Made by a program: the position numbers and the translations under genes. Positions 27,089 to 35,876 of a stretch of 64,000 nt of DNA are shown in pieces. The DNA lies in contig JAULAX010000010.1 of the NCBI GenBank assembly GCA_032654565.1, forward strand, positions 160,001 to 224,000, in the 5' to 3' direction. How positions within the stretch are numbered: position 1 is the stretch's first letter; each line of letters starts with the position of its first letter. This DNA comes from Anaeromyxobacteraceae bacterium (GTDB lineage: Bacteria; Myxococcota; Myxococcia; Myxococcales; Anaeromyxobacteraceae). Below the pieces are notes generated by a model. It saw only the letters and a list, made by a program, of their open reading frames with translations. It ran no database searches and had not been told where the DNA came from.

Positions 27089-28820
27089 TGGGCGCTCCGC
27101 TGCCGATCCAGGCCTCGATGGACAGGATCTCCTCCTCGGTGAGTGGCTCCCCCGCGCTCGGCGGCGGCATCCGGTCCCCCAATCCTCCCACGGAAGCGTG
27201 GGTGCCGCGGAGTTTGTTGACCAGGTAGCTCTTCTCGGGGCGTCCCGGCTCGACCAGGCCGAGCGGGGCCTGGACCGAGGGGACCGAGACCAGCTGCGAC
27301 CACCCGACGGGGGCGTCGAGCGAGACCGGCACGCCGTTGGGCGGGGGCGGGCCGCCGGAGTGGCAGGCGGTGGTGGCGCAGCGCGGGACGAAGAGGTTGG
27401 CGCTGAGGGCCGACCAGGCGCCGCCCCCGCCGCCGCCGGGGCTGCCACCCTGGCGAGGCAGGAACTGGGCGTCGTCGGGGTCGCCGGTCAGCCGGCGCCG
27501 GGCCAGCTCCAGCGTCCAGGTCCCGTCGGCCCAGCGTGCCCGGGCGCGCACGTCGTCGCGGTGGGGGCTGGGGCGGTGGAGCAGGAAGCCGGGGAGGGTG
27601 AAGGGGCCGGCGCCGGTGGGCGGGGCCAGCGCCGCCGGGGGTGTGCCGAGGGGCGGCGGCGGCGGCGAGGCCAGGAAGCGAGGGTCCCAGCCGGGCTCGG
27701 GGTCGACCGGCTGGCGGTAGAGGTAGGGCGGGTTGAGGGTGTCGTCGCCGCCCCCCGCCCCCGCCGCCCGGGCGAAGGGCTGCCCGGGGAGGCCGGCGGT
27801 GAGGTTGGCGGTCGAGGTGCCGCGGCTGCAGGGGTAGACCGCCTGGCCGAAGGCGTCCTTCTCGGCGCAGGCCCGGGCGCAGGTGAGCCCGTCGCCCGCC
27901 CGGCAGCGATCGCCGGCCGGACCGGTGCTCTCGATGCGGAGGTCGTCGGCCAGGCCGTACGGGGCGGTGGAGGCGGCCCGCCAGGTCCAGGCGTCGAGCC
28001 GCTCGGTGGCCGCGCCGGTGCGGCAGGTGAAGCTGGCCAGGTAGCTCGCCGGCGGCCAGGGGGAGGGGGCCGGCGAGGGGGCGGTGACCAGCGGCGGCGC
28101 CGAGGCCAGGTGGCAGGCGGTGGCGCAGCCCAGCGCGGCGTGGGCCGGGGCGCCGTCGCCGATGGCGAAGGAGACGTAGGCGGCGTCCTCCGACCGGGTC
28201 CGGTCGGCCCGCCAGGCCGCCCCGCCGGCGTCCCAGCTCCACGGCTGGTGGACCTGGTGGGCCGCCGGGGTGCGCCACTGCAGCAGCAGGTAGAGCTCCT
28301 GGTCGTCGAAGCCGGCCCGCACCGAGACGCTGGCCACGCCGTGGTCGAAGGGGGGGAGCGGGAGAGTGCAGCCGGCCGAGCCGGCGGCGGCGGTGGCCGG
28401 CGGCGCGTCGGGGGCGCAGGGGGCGGGGCAGGCCGGGGCGCCGGTGGTGGGATCGATCACCTGGCTGTGGTGCGTCCTCCAACGGCAGTACCAGCCCGGC
28501 GCGGTCAGCCCCACCCGCTCCCCGGCCGGCGCCAGCGCCACCTCGGTGGCGGGCCAGCCGGACCAGTCGCCGGCGTCGCCGTCGAGGACCGGCGGGGTGG
28601 CGAAGCGGCGGGCCAGCACCCGGCCGGGCCCGGCGCCCGAGCCGGCGAAGGCGAGGGTGACCGGCCCCGAGCTCTGCGGCACCAGCCCTCCCTCGGCGAT
28701 GACGCCGATGGAGATCACCGTGTCGACCGGGGTGGAGGCCGACGCCGGACGCTCCACGCAGCCGAGGGCGGCGAGCGCCGCGACGGCGGCGGTGAGCGGT
28801 CGTGCCGAACAGAGCCTCAT
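27081..28820 (-). CDS. Lipoprotein with an ethylbenzene-dehydrogenase-gamma-like (DOMON-type heme) domain and a C-terminal cytochrome c domain
   Basis: Lipobox AALGC. PVLDGDAGDW, LYLLLQW, SEDAAYV, CATACH, LDAWTW and ARWADGTWTLELARRRLTGDPDD. C-terminal CATTACH...VEPGRPEKSYL..KL...RMPP...IEAWIGSGA. Confidence 0.7.
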   Translation of the reverse strand: MRLCSARPLTAAVAALAALGCVERPASASTPVDTVISIGVIAEGGLVPQSSGPVTLAFAGSGAGPGRVLARRFATPPVLDGDAGDWSGWPATEVALAPAGERVGLTAPGWYCRWRTHHSQVIDPTTGAPACPAPCAPDAPPATAAAGSAGCTLPLPPFDHGVASVSVRAGFDDQELYLLLQWRTPAAHQVHQPWSWDAGGAAWRADRTRSEDAAYVSFAIGDGAPAHAALGCATACHLASAPPLVTAPSPAPSPWPPASYLASFTCRTGAATERLDAWTWRAASTAPYGLADDLRIESTGPAGDRCRAGDGLTCARACAEKDAFGQAVYPCSRGTSTANLTAGLPGQPFARAAGAGGGDDTLNPPYLYRQPVDPEPGWDPRFLASPPPPPLGTPPAALAPPTGAGPFTLPGFLLHRPSPHRDDVRARARWADGTWTLELARRRLTGDPDDAQFLPRQGGSPGGGGGGAWSALSANLFVPRCATTACHSGGPPPPNGVPVSLDAPVGWSQLVSVPSVQAPLGLVEPGRPEKSYLVNKLRGTHASVGGLGDRMPPPSAGEPLTEEEILSIEAWIGSGAPND

Positions 28821-28916
28821 GTCACCTGGACGCCCGCGCGGGCGCTCCATCCCCCGGGAGCCGGAGCTGGACCCGTCGTGCGAGGTGCCATGGTACCGGG
28901 GGGCGCCGTGTGGGTG

Positions 28917-29219
28917 TCAATGCGCTTCGGACCTCCGGCGGCCGGCCCCGGGCCGCACCTCGCCGGCCACCAGCCCGAGCTTCTGGGCCCGGGTCAGCCG
29001 CTTCAGGGCCGCCTCCCGGCGCTGCGCCCCGCTCCGCCCCCGCGCCGGGGCGCTCCAGACCAGGGTCACCGGCAGGCGCGAGCGGGTGTAGCGGGCTCCG
29101 CGCCCGGCGGCGTGGGCCAGCAGCCTCGCCGGCAGGTCGTTGGTGGCGCCGGTGTAGAGCGAGCCGTCGCGGCAGCGCAGCATGTAGACGCGCCACCCTC
29201 CGGTCCGCCGCGCCGCCAC
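28917..29219 (-). CDS. GIY-YIG nuclease family protein (UPF0213-like)
   Basis: WRVYMLRCRDGSLYTGATND, HAAGRGARYTRSRLPV and REAALKRLTRAQK. Confidence 0.88.
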   Translation of the reverse strand: MAARRTGGWRVYMLRCRDGSLYTGATNDLPARLLAHAAGRGARYTRSRLPVTLVWSAPARGRSGAQRREAALKRLTRAQKLGLVAGEVRPGAGRRRSEAH

Positions 29220-29232
29220 GTCGCGCCCCAGC

Positions 29233-29421
29233 CTAGCGGCCGCGCTGGGCGCTGCGGGCGGTGCGCTTGGCGACGAACGGGTTGCTCGGCTTGCCGCCGC
29301 GCGGCAGCGGCTCCACGCCCGGCTTGGTCTCCAGGTGGATGGCGTGCTCGGGCCCCTGCTGGACCGGCTCGCTCCGGTGGACCGGCTTTCCATCCTTCTT
29401 GCGCTTCTTGCTGACGGGCAT
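29233..29421 (-). CDS. Small basic hypothetical protein
   Basis: Strong GAGGAGG RBS, MPVSKKRKKDGKP start and typical codon usage. Confidence 0.65.
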   Translation of the reverse strand: MPVSKKRKKDGKPVHRSEPVQQGPEHAIHLETKPGVEPLPRGGKPSNPFVAKRTARSAQRGR

Positions 29422-29662
29422 CTGGCCTCCTCGTGGCGTGGGGTGATTCTAGCCTAGAACGGGGAAGCCCCGGGGAGGAACGAGGCGCCGGCGACCGTTC
29501 GACGAACGTTCGAAGGTCGGGTCGACGGGCCCGGCGGCCCCTGCCGTGGCGGCCCGCGGGCCCGCGGCGCGGGTCTGGTCCATGCACGTGGTGGCTCACG
29601 AACCACGAACCCACGAGCCCTGACACGCCGAACACCACCCATTCGCCACAATCGAAGGTCAC

Positions 29663-30544
29663 ATGAGACAGCTCACGCTGAACGGACTCTTCCTGCTGGC
29701 CGCCCTTGGATCCAGCGCCTGCGTCGCCCCCGCGGTGGCGACCCGTCCCGAGACGGCCGATGACGACGGCGCCCAGGACCAGGCGGCGATGGGGCTGCGG
29801 GATCACCACCGGCATCAGCATCGCGCCGGGGTCCTGCAGTTCACCGCCATGAGCCTCGACACCCTGGCCACCGAAGACGCCCGCCAGCCGCAGGTCGAGC
29901 GGATCCATGGCGACCTGCACGCCTGCATGGCCCCCACCAGCGGCCTCCACCGGAGATTGCTCACGGCGATCGCCGATGGCGTCGCGGCCGGGGCCGTCGA
30001 CGCGCAGAGGATCCAGCCGATCATCGAGGACCTGAACGCCGCCGGGGCCGCCATCCAGGCCTGCGGCGCCGACGCACTGAACCGGCTCCACGCCATGCTC
30101 TCGCCGGTGGAGCGCGAGGACCTGACCGACAAGGTCCGGGCCCACTGGGAGGTCTGGCGGCAGGTCAACGCCGAGGAGCAGGCCGGAGCGCGCGGACCGG
30201 GCGGCCGGCTCGCCGTGCTGACCCAGGAGCTGGGCCTGGCGCCGGGCCAGGTCGACCGGATCTCGGCGGCCCTCCAGCTGGCGCGGGCCGGGCGCGGCGG
30301 CACCTTCGACCGCGAGAAGGCGTCGGTCGACGTGCAGCGGTTCACCGAGGCCTTCGTGCGGGCCTCCTTCGATGCCCGGGCGGTCGCCGGCGTCGAGAGC
30401 ACCCGACTCGCCGGCCACGGGGCCGCCCGCATGTCGGTCTTCTACGAGACCGTCACCCCGCTCCTGACGCCGAGCCAGCAGGCGGCGCTCGCCGGCCAGC
30501 TGCGGAACCGCGCCGATCACAACCCCGCCGTCTCTTCCAACTGA
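29663..30544 (+). CDS. Putative helical lipoprotein with Spy/CpxP-like LTPxQ/LSPxE motifs and a His-rich segment
   Basis: Lipobox SSAC, DHHRHQH, LHAMLSPVERE and LLTPSQQAALA. Confidence 0.65.
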   Translation: MRQLTLNGLFLLAALGSSACVAPAVATRPETADDDGAQDQAAMGLRDHHRHQHRAGVLQFTAMSLDTLATEDARQPQVERIHGDLHACMAPTSGLHRRLLTAIADGVAAGAVDAQRIQPIIEDLNAAGAAIQACGADALNRLHAMLSPVEREDLTDKVRAHWEVWRQVNAEEQAGARGPGGRLAVLTQELGLAPGQVDRISAALQLARAGRGGTFDREKASVDVQRFTEAFVRASFDARAVAGVESTRLAGHGAARMSVFYETVTPLLTPSQQAALAGQLRNRADHNPAVSSN

Positions 30545-30551
30545 GGACCCC

Positions 30552-30872
30552 ATGAACAAGACTCTGGTGACGATGCTGAAGGGCGCGCTCCTGCTGGGCG
30601 CCATCTCCGCCGCGCTCGCGGCCGCTCCGGCCCAGGCGCAGATCGAGATCCGGATCGGGCCGCCGGCCTGGTACATCGCGACCTCCAGGCCCACCTACTA
30701 CGAGGGCCACGCGGCCTACTGGTACGGGAACCGCTGGCAGTACCGGGAGGGGAACAGGTGGCACGCCTATCGTGACGAGCCCAGGTACCTTCGCGATCGC
30801 CGAGGCGGCCACCGTGACCGGGAGCGCCACGACTACGGCCACGGGAACCGGGGCGGCTACAACCGGAGGTAG
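30552..30872 (+). CDS. Small secreted Tyr/Trp/Arg-rich protein
   Basis: GAGG RBS, signal peptide ending AQA, then IRIGPP...YWYGNRWQY..GNRW. Confidence 0.7.
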   Translation: MNKTLVTMLKGALLLGAISAALAAAPAQAQIEIRIGPPAWYIATSRPTYYEGHAAYWYGNRWQYREGNRWHAYRDEPRYLRDRRGGHRDRERHDYGHGNRGGYNRR

Positions 30873-30921
30873 CCGCTGGTCGCGCCTCCCAGGTCCATGC
30901 AGTCCGAGCGTACGCATGGAA

Positions 30922-30962
30922 AGGCCGGGGCTCCTCGAGGCATCCCTCGGAAGTCCCGGCCT
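30922..30962. terminator. Hairpin between the convergent tRNA and CDS (probable tRNA terminator)
   Basis: AGGCCGGG...CGAGG-catc-CCTCG...CCCGGCCT, ending in TTT on the minus strand. Confidence 0.5.
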
Positions 30963-30969
30963 GGAGAAA

Positions 30970-31046
<77 letters not shown>

Positions 31047-31100
31047 GTGCGGGAAGGGTACTTAGGGCATCCACCCCGGAAAGGCAAGGCGGTTCACGGA

Positions 31101-31130
31101 CCTGGACTTCGTGGTCTGGTGAAGTCCAGG
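31101..31130. repeat. Perfect 10-bp inverted repeat (candidate operator or hairpin)
   Basis: CCTGGACTTC-N10-GAAGTCCAGG, in the divergent region between the tRNA and the NapC-like gene. Confidence 0.7.
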
Positions 31131-31198
31131 AGCGGACGGAAAAAGTGCTCGGAAGCAGTTGAGCCCATCGGGGTCGAACTGCTACAAACCGCCGCACC

Positions 31199-31894
31199 GT
31201 GTTCCAAATACACACTACCGAAGACGTCCTCCGGCTCGCCGCCCTCGCCTCGGCGGTCATCGCCATCGCCATCCTGGTCTACTACCTGGTGGCTCGCCCG
31301 CCGCTGGGCCGCTCCGCCAAGGTGGTGCTGCTGTTCGGGCTCGGGGTGATGCCGCTGGCGGTCTCGCTGGCCGGCAACATCTCCGGCTTCGAGTACACGC
31401 TCAAGACCGACTTCTGCGGCTCCTGCCACGTGATGCGCCCCTACGTGGAGGACGCCGCCGACCCGACCTCGAAGTCGCTGGCCTCGATCCACAGCCGCAA
31501 CAGCACCTTCGGCCACGAGTCCTGCTACACCTGCCACGCCGACTACCAGATCTTCGGGGCCATGACCACCAAGGCCAACGGCATGAAGCACCTCTACTTC
31601 TACCTCACCGAGTACTCGAACACCGGCCCCTACGGCGAGGGGGGCAAGCCCATCCACATGTACAAGAAGTTCCAGAACACCATGTGCACGCGCTGCCACT
31701 CCACCGAGGCGCCGCGCTGGGGGGCGGTGGAGGACCACGCTGGCCTGCTCGAGGACCTCCGCAAGGGCGAGGCCAAGTGCATCGACTGCCACACCGGCGA
31801 CCAGATCCACCCGCGGGCCTTCGCGCACGGCGGCACCGGCAAGGGCGTCGCCGCGGCCGGCAGCGCCGCCCCGGCCCACGCAGGCGAGAAGTAG
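31199..31894 (+). CDS. NapC/NirT family membrane-anchored tetraheme cytochrome c
   Basis: N-terminal TM helices. TDFCGSCHVM, CYTCH, CTRCH and CIDCH. Confidence 0.85.
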   Translation: MFQIHTTEDVLRLAALASAVIAIAILVYYLVARPPLGRSAKVVLLFGLGVMPLAVSLAGNISGFEYTLKTDFCGSCHVMRPYVEDAADPTSKSLASIHSRNSTFGHESCYTCHADYQIFGAMTTKANGMKHLYFYLTEYSNTGPYGEGGKPIHMYKKFQNTMCTRCHSTEAPRWGAVEDHAGLLEDLRKGEAKCIDCHTGDQIHPRAFAHGGTGKGVAAAGSAAPAHAGEK

Positions 31895-31904
31895 GGAGGG
31901 GACC

Positions 31905-32168
31905 ATGTTCAACGTCACCAAGATCACCATCCGCCGGCTGGTCCTGATCTCCATCGTCATGACCCTGATCTCGCTCTTCCTGATGGTCGCCTCCATCATC
32001 TTCCCGGGGCCGCTGCTCCTGGTGGTGGCCATGAGCATGGGGCAGGCGCTCGGCATCGCCTCGCTGGTGCTCTACCTGCTGGCCATCGCCCTCGACCTGC
32101 AGGGGTACGGCGAGCACGACGAGCTGGGGAACGCCGGATCGGCCGGCTCCGGCACCGGCGCCGAGTAG
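31905..32168 (+). CDS. Small two-TM membrane protein
   Basis: GGAGG RBS and two hydrophobic segments. Starts 10 bp after the cytochrome stop. Confidence 0.7.
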   Translation: MFNVTKITIRRLVLISIVMTLISLFLMVASIIFPGPLLLVVAMSMGQALGIASLVLYLLAIALDLQGYGEHDELGNAGSAGSGTGAE

Positions 32169-32276
32169 CGGCGGGGCAGCCACGCCGCGAGGCGCCTTGC
32201 CGGTCCGCCGTCTGCCTGCTACGAATGTGGGGGCGCTGTCTCCAGGGCCTTGGACCAACAGGTGACGGGTGGGCTC

Positions 32277-32924
32277 ATGACGGTTCGGGCGATCGCGGTC
32301 GAAGATGACGAGGCGGTCTCCAGGCTGATCGTCCAGATCCTCACCAACCATGGCATCGAGGTGGTGGGGACGGCGGCCACCGGCGAGGACGGGGTGACCC
32401 TGGCCCGCGAGACCCGGCCGGACGTGGCCCTGGTGGACCTCGGCCTCCCCCGAATGAGCGGCGAGGACGTCATCGCCACCATCCGCCGCGACCAGCCCAA
32501 GACCGTCTGCATCGCGCTCACTGCCGTGGACATCCCCGCCCGGGTGCTGGGGGCGATGCGGGCCGGGGCCGCCGGCTACATCCTCAAGCCCTTCCACGCC
32601 GCCGACCTCACCCGCGCCCTCGACGACGTGCTGGCCGGCGACGCCGCCCCCATCAGCCCGAGGGCGGCCAAGGTGCTCCTCTCCGAGTTCCGCGGCGACG
32701 CCCCCGACCAGAAGCCCTCGTCCGGCCCGGCGCTCTCCAAGCGCGAGCTGGAGGTGCTGGGGCTCCTGGTCCACGGCCACACCTACGCCGACGTGGCGCA
32801 GGCGCTCGGCTTGGCGGAGGGGACGGTCCAGACCTACGTGAAGCGGATCTACGAGAAGATGGACGTCTCCACCAAGGCCGAGGCGGCGCTGCTTGCCGTG
32901 GCCCGGGGGCTCGTGAAGCCTTAG
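32277..32924 (+). CDS. NarL/LuxR family response regulator
   Basis: VEDD, LVDLGLP, GYILKP. HTH LSKRELEVL...YADVAQALGLAEGTVQTYVKRIYEK. Confidence 0.9.
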   Translation: MTVRAIAVEDDEAVSRLIVQILTNHGIEVVGTAATGEDGVTLARETRPDVALVDLGLPRMSGEDVIATIRRDQPKTVCIALTAVDIPARVLGAMRAGAAGYILKPFHAADLTRALDDVLAGDAAPISPRAAKVLLSEFRGDAPDQKPSSGPALSKRELEVLGLLVHGHTYADVAQALGLAEGTVQTYVKRIYEKMDVSTKAEAALLAVARGLVKP

Positions 32925-32991
32925 AAGCCCTGGAGATCTCCCCGGTTCGGGGCCGATGACGCAAGCGGTCAAGCCCCGGCGGAGGGTGGCC

Positions 32992-33019
32992 TTGACTTGC
33001 GGGGGTCGCTCCCTATAAT
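32992..33019 (+). promoter_or_regulatory. Sigma70-type promoter of the yceD-rpmF-fab operon
   Basis: TTGACT-N16-TATAAT, 33 bp before the ATG. Confidence 0.8.
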
Positions 33020-33052
33020 GAGCCCCCTTTGAGTGCCGGAAGAAGTGCGCAA

Positions 33053-33619
33053 ATGCGCGTGAACATTGACGAAATCAAGGAAGCCGGCATCGACCGGCAC
33101 TGGGACTTGCCGCGCGAGGCGCTCGACGCCATCGTGATGGGCGATCGCTCGGGCTGGCGAGCCAGCGGCGACGCCCACGTCGAGGCCCGGTTCGAGAAGC
33201 TCGACCGGCGCGTCTTCGTGAAGGCCCGGGCCACCGCCCCGCTGGCCGGCGAGTGCAGCCGCTGCCTGGCCCCCATCGCCGCCCAGCTCCCCGTCGCCTT
33301 CGCCCTGACCCTGGTGCCGGCCGACGAGTACGCCGAGCAGGAGAGCGTGGCCGCCGAGGACAAGGGGCACCACCCGGTGGCCGGGAGCTTCGACTTCAAG
33401 CACGCCGAGGAAGAGGCCTACCAGGGGAAGGTGGTCGATCTCGACCCCATCCTGCGCGAGCAGGTGCTGCTGGAGCTGCCCGAGTACCCGGTCTGCCAGG
33501 AGGGCTGCAAGGGGCTCTGCTCCGTCTGCGGCAAGAACATGAACGAAGGCGAGTGCGGCTGCGACCGCAAGGTGCCCGACCCGCGCTGGGCCGGCCTCGC
33601 CAAGGTGAAGTTGACGTAG
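33053..33619 (+). CDS. yceD: DUF177/YceD family protein
   Basis: ECSRCL, DLDPILREQVLLELP, CQEGCKGLCSVCG and DPRWAGL. Lies upstream of rpmF. Confidence 0.9.
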   Translation: MRVNIDEIKEAGIDRHWDLPREALDAIVMGDRSGWRASGDAHVEARFEKLDRRVFVKARATAPLAGECSRCLAPIAAQLPVAFALTLVPADEYAEQESVAAEDKGHHPVAGSFDFKHAEEEAYQGKVVDLDPILREQVLLELPEYPVCQEGCKGLCSVCGKNMNEGECGCDRKVPDPRWAGLAKVKLT

Positions 33620-33653
33620 TCCCTTTCGTCGTACCAGCCGAAGGAGCATCACC

Positions 33654-33833
33654 GTGGGCGTCCCCAAGAAGCGTACCAGCAGCATGCGTCGTGATCGCCG
33701 CCGCTCGGCCAACTTCAAGCTGAAGGGGGTCAACGTCACCAAGTGCCCCAAGTGCCAGGAGCCGGTGATGTCCCACCGCGTCTGTCCGTCCTGCGGGACG
33801 TACAAGGGCGCGCAGGTCCTCGACGCAACGTAA
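33654..33833 (+). CDS. rpmF: 50S ribosomal protein L32
   Basis: Not in the ORF track. GTG start after AAGGAG gives MGVPKKRTSSMRRDRRRS...CPKCQEPVMSHRVCPSCGTYKG. Confidence 0.95.
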   Translation: MGVPKKRTSSMRRDRRRSANFKLKGVNVTKCPKCQEPVMSHRVCPSCGTYKGAQVLDAT

Positions 33834-33839
33834 CGGTTG

Positions 33840-34874
33840 ATGACCAGGCACCTCGCGCCCGTCGCCGTCGATGCGATGGGGGGTGATCACGCCCCCGGCG
33901 CGATCGTGCAGGGCGCCATTGACGCGGCGCGCAAGGGGGTCCCGGTCATCCTGGTCGGGGCCGAGGCGGTGGTGCGCGAGGAGCTGGCGCGCCGGCACGC
34001 CGGCAAGTCGCTCCCCATCGAGGTCAGGCACGCCTCCGAGGTGGTCGAGTTCCACGACCACCCCGGGCAGGCGATGCGCCGCAAGAAGGACAACTCGATC
34101 CGGGTCTGCTTCGATCTCGTCGAGGCCGGGACCGCCTGCGGCATGGTCTCGGCCGGCAACTCCGGCGCCGTCATGGCCGGGGCCATCTTCGTGCTCGGGC
34201 GCCCCCGCGGCGTGGAGCGGCCGGCCATCGTCACCGTGCTGCCCGGCCTCAAGGGCACGCCGCTCATGCTCGACATGGGGGCCAACGTCGACTGCAAGCC
34301 CATCCACCTGGTGCAGTTCGGCCTGATGGGCGAGGTCTACTCCCGCAAGGTGCTGGGGGTGGCCCGCCCCAGCGTGGCGGTGCTCTCCAACGGCGAGGAG
34401 GAGGCCAAGGGGACCGAGCTGACCCGGGCCGCGGCGGCGGCGCTGAAGCGCTCCGGGATCGACTTCCGCGGCTACTGCGAGGGGCGCGACCTGCTCACCG
34501 GCGAGTTCGACGTCATCGTCACCGACGGCTTCACCGGCAACGTGGCGCTCAAGACCATGGAGGGGACCGCCAAGGTGGTCGGCGAGCACCTCAAGCGGGC
34601 CATCCGCAGCACCCTGGTCTCCTCGGTCGGCGGCCTGCTGGCCAAGAAGGCCCTGGAAGGAATGAAGAAGAAGATGGACTGGCGCGAGGTCGGGGGCGCG
34701 CCGCTCCTCGGGGTGAACGGGGTGGGCTTCATCAGCCACGGCCGCTCCGACGCCCTCGCCATCGAAAACGCCATCCGGAAGGCCGCGGCGGCCGCCCGGA
34801 CCCACTTCGTGGACGACCTCGCCCTGGCCGTGGCACCGGCCGAGGCGCTGCTCGACCCCAGCCAGGAGACATGA
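33840..34874 (+). CDS. plsX: Phosphate acyltransferase PlsX
   Basis: VAVDAMGGDHAP, SAGNSGA, DMGANVD, DGFTGNVALK and ISHGRS. Confidence 0.96.
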   Translation: MTRHLAPVAVDAMGGDHAPGAIVQGAIDAARKGVPVILVGAEAVVREELARRHAGKSLPIEVRHASEVVEFHDHPGQAMRRKKDNSIRVCFDLVEAGTACGMVSAGNSGAVMAGAIFVLGRPRGVERPAIVTVLPGLKGTPLMLDMGANVDCKPIHLVQFGLMGEVYSRKVLGVARPSVAVLSNGEEEAKGTELTRAAAAALKRSGIDFRGYCEGRDLLTGEFDVIVTDGFTGNVALKTMEGTAKVVGEHLKRAIRSTLVSSVGGLLAKKALEGMKKKMDWREVGGAPLLGVNGVGFISHGRSDALAIENAIRKAAAAARTHFVDDLALAVAPAEALLDPSQET

Positions 34875-35854
34875 TGCGCTCGCTCGTCGTCGGCACCGGC
34901 AGCTACGTCCCGGAGAAGGTCCTCACCAACGCGGACCTGGAGAAGCTGGTCGAGACCAACGACCAGTGGATCCGGGAGCGCACCGGCATCCGCGAACGGC
35001 ACATCGCCGCGCCTGAGCAGGCCAGCAGCGATCTCGCCCTGGAGGCCTCGAAGCGGGCGCTGGAGATGGCCGGGCTCGACGCCGCCGACCTCGAGCTGAT
35101 CGTCATCGGCACGGTCACGCCCGACTACCCGTTCCCCAGCACCGCGGCGGTGCTGCAGGGGAAGCTGGGCAACAAGAAGGCCTTCGCCTTCGACCTCTCG
35201 GCGGCCTGCGCCGGCTCCATCTACGCCCTCTCGGTGGCCGACCGCTACGTGGCCTCCGGGGCCTGCCGCAACGCCCTGGTGATCGGCGTCGACACCCTGA
35301 CCCGCATCACCGACTGGAAGGACCGCAACACCTGCATCCTCTTCGGCGACGGCGCCGGGGCCATGGTGCTGAAGGCGACCGACGACCCCCGCCGCGGCCT
35401 CTCCACCATCCGCCTCCACGCCGACGGCTCCATGGTCTCGATGCTGCTGCAGCCCGGCGGCGGCTCGCGCGACCCCATCTCCGCCGAGGTGGTGGCGGCC
35501 GGCCGGCACTACGTCAAGATGAAGGGGACCGAGGTCTACAAGGTGGCGGTCCGCGCCCTGGCCGAGGTCTGCCACGAGGTGCTGGCCGCCGAGGGGCTCA
35601 CCGCCTCGCAGGTCACTCACGTCATCGCCCACCAGGCCAACAAGCGCATCCTCGACGCCACCCTGCAGCGGCTGGAGATCCCGGCCGAGAAGTGCTGGAT
35701 GAACCTGGAGAAGTACGGCAACACCTCCTCGGCCAGCGTCCCCATGACGCTCGACGAGGCCAACCGGGCCGGCTGGTTCAAGCCGGGCGACGTCATCCTG
35801 ATGATGGCCATCGGCGGCGGCATGGCCTGGGGCGCCGGCGTGCTGCGCTGGTAG
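34871..35854 (+). CDS. fabH: 3-oxoacyl-ACP synthase III
   Basis: WIRERTGI, AACAG, LFGDGAGA, HQAN and YGNTSSAS. Confidence 0.96.
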   Translation: MMRSLVVGTGSYVPEKVLTNADLEKLVETNDQWIRERTGIRERHIAAPEQASSDLALEASKRALEMAGLDAADLELIVIGTVTPDYPFPSTAAVLQGKLGNKKAFAFDLSAACAGSIYALSVADRYVASGACRNALVIGVDTLTRITDWKDRNTCILFGDGAGAMVLKATDDPRRGLSTIRLHADGSMVSMLLQPGGGSRDPISAEVVAAGRHYVKMKGTEVYKVAVRALAEVCHEVLAAEGLTASQVTHVIAHQANKRILDATLQRLEIPAEKCWMNLEKYGNTSSASVPMTLDEANRAGWFKPGDVILMMAIGGGMAWGAGVLRW

Positions 35855-35876
35855 GCTCGGCGCCTCCAAGGACCAC

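Noticed and set aside
28917..29219. GIY-YIG gene as a homing endonuclease or mobile element
   Set aside because: It is the short stand-alone UPF0213 type, with no DNA-binding extension, intron or flanking repeats.
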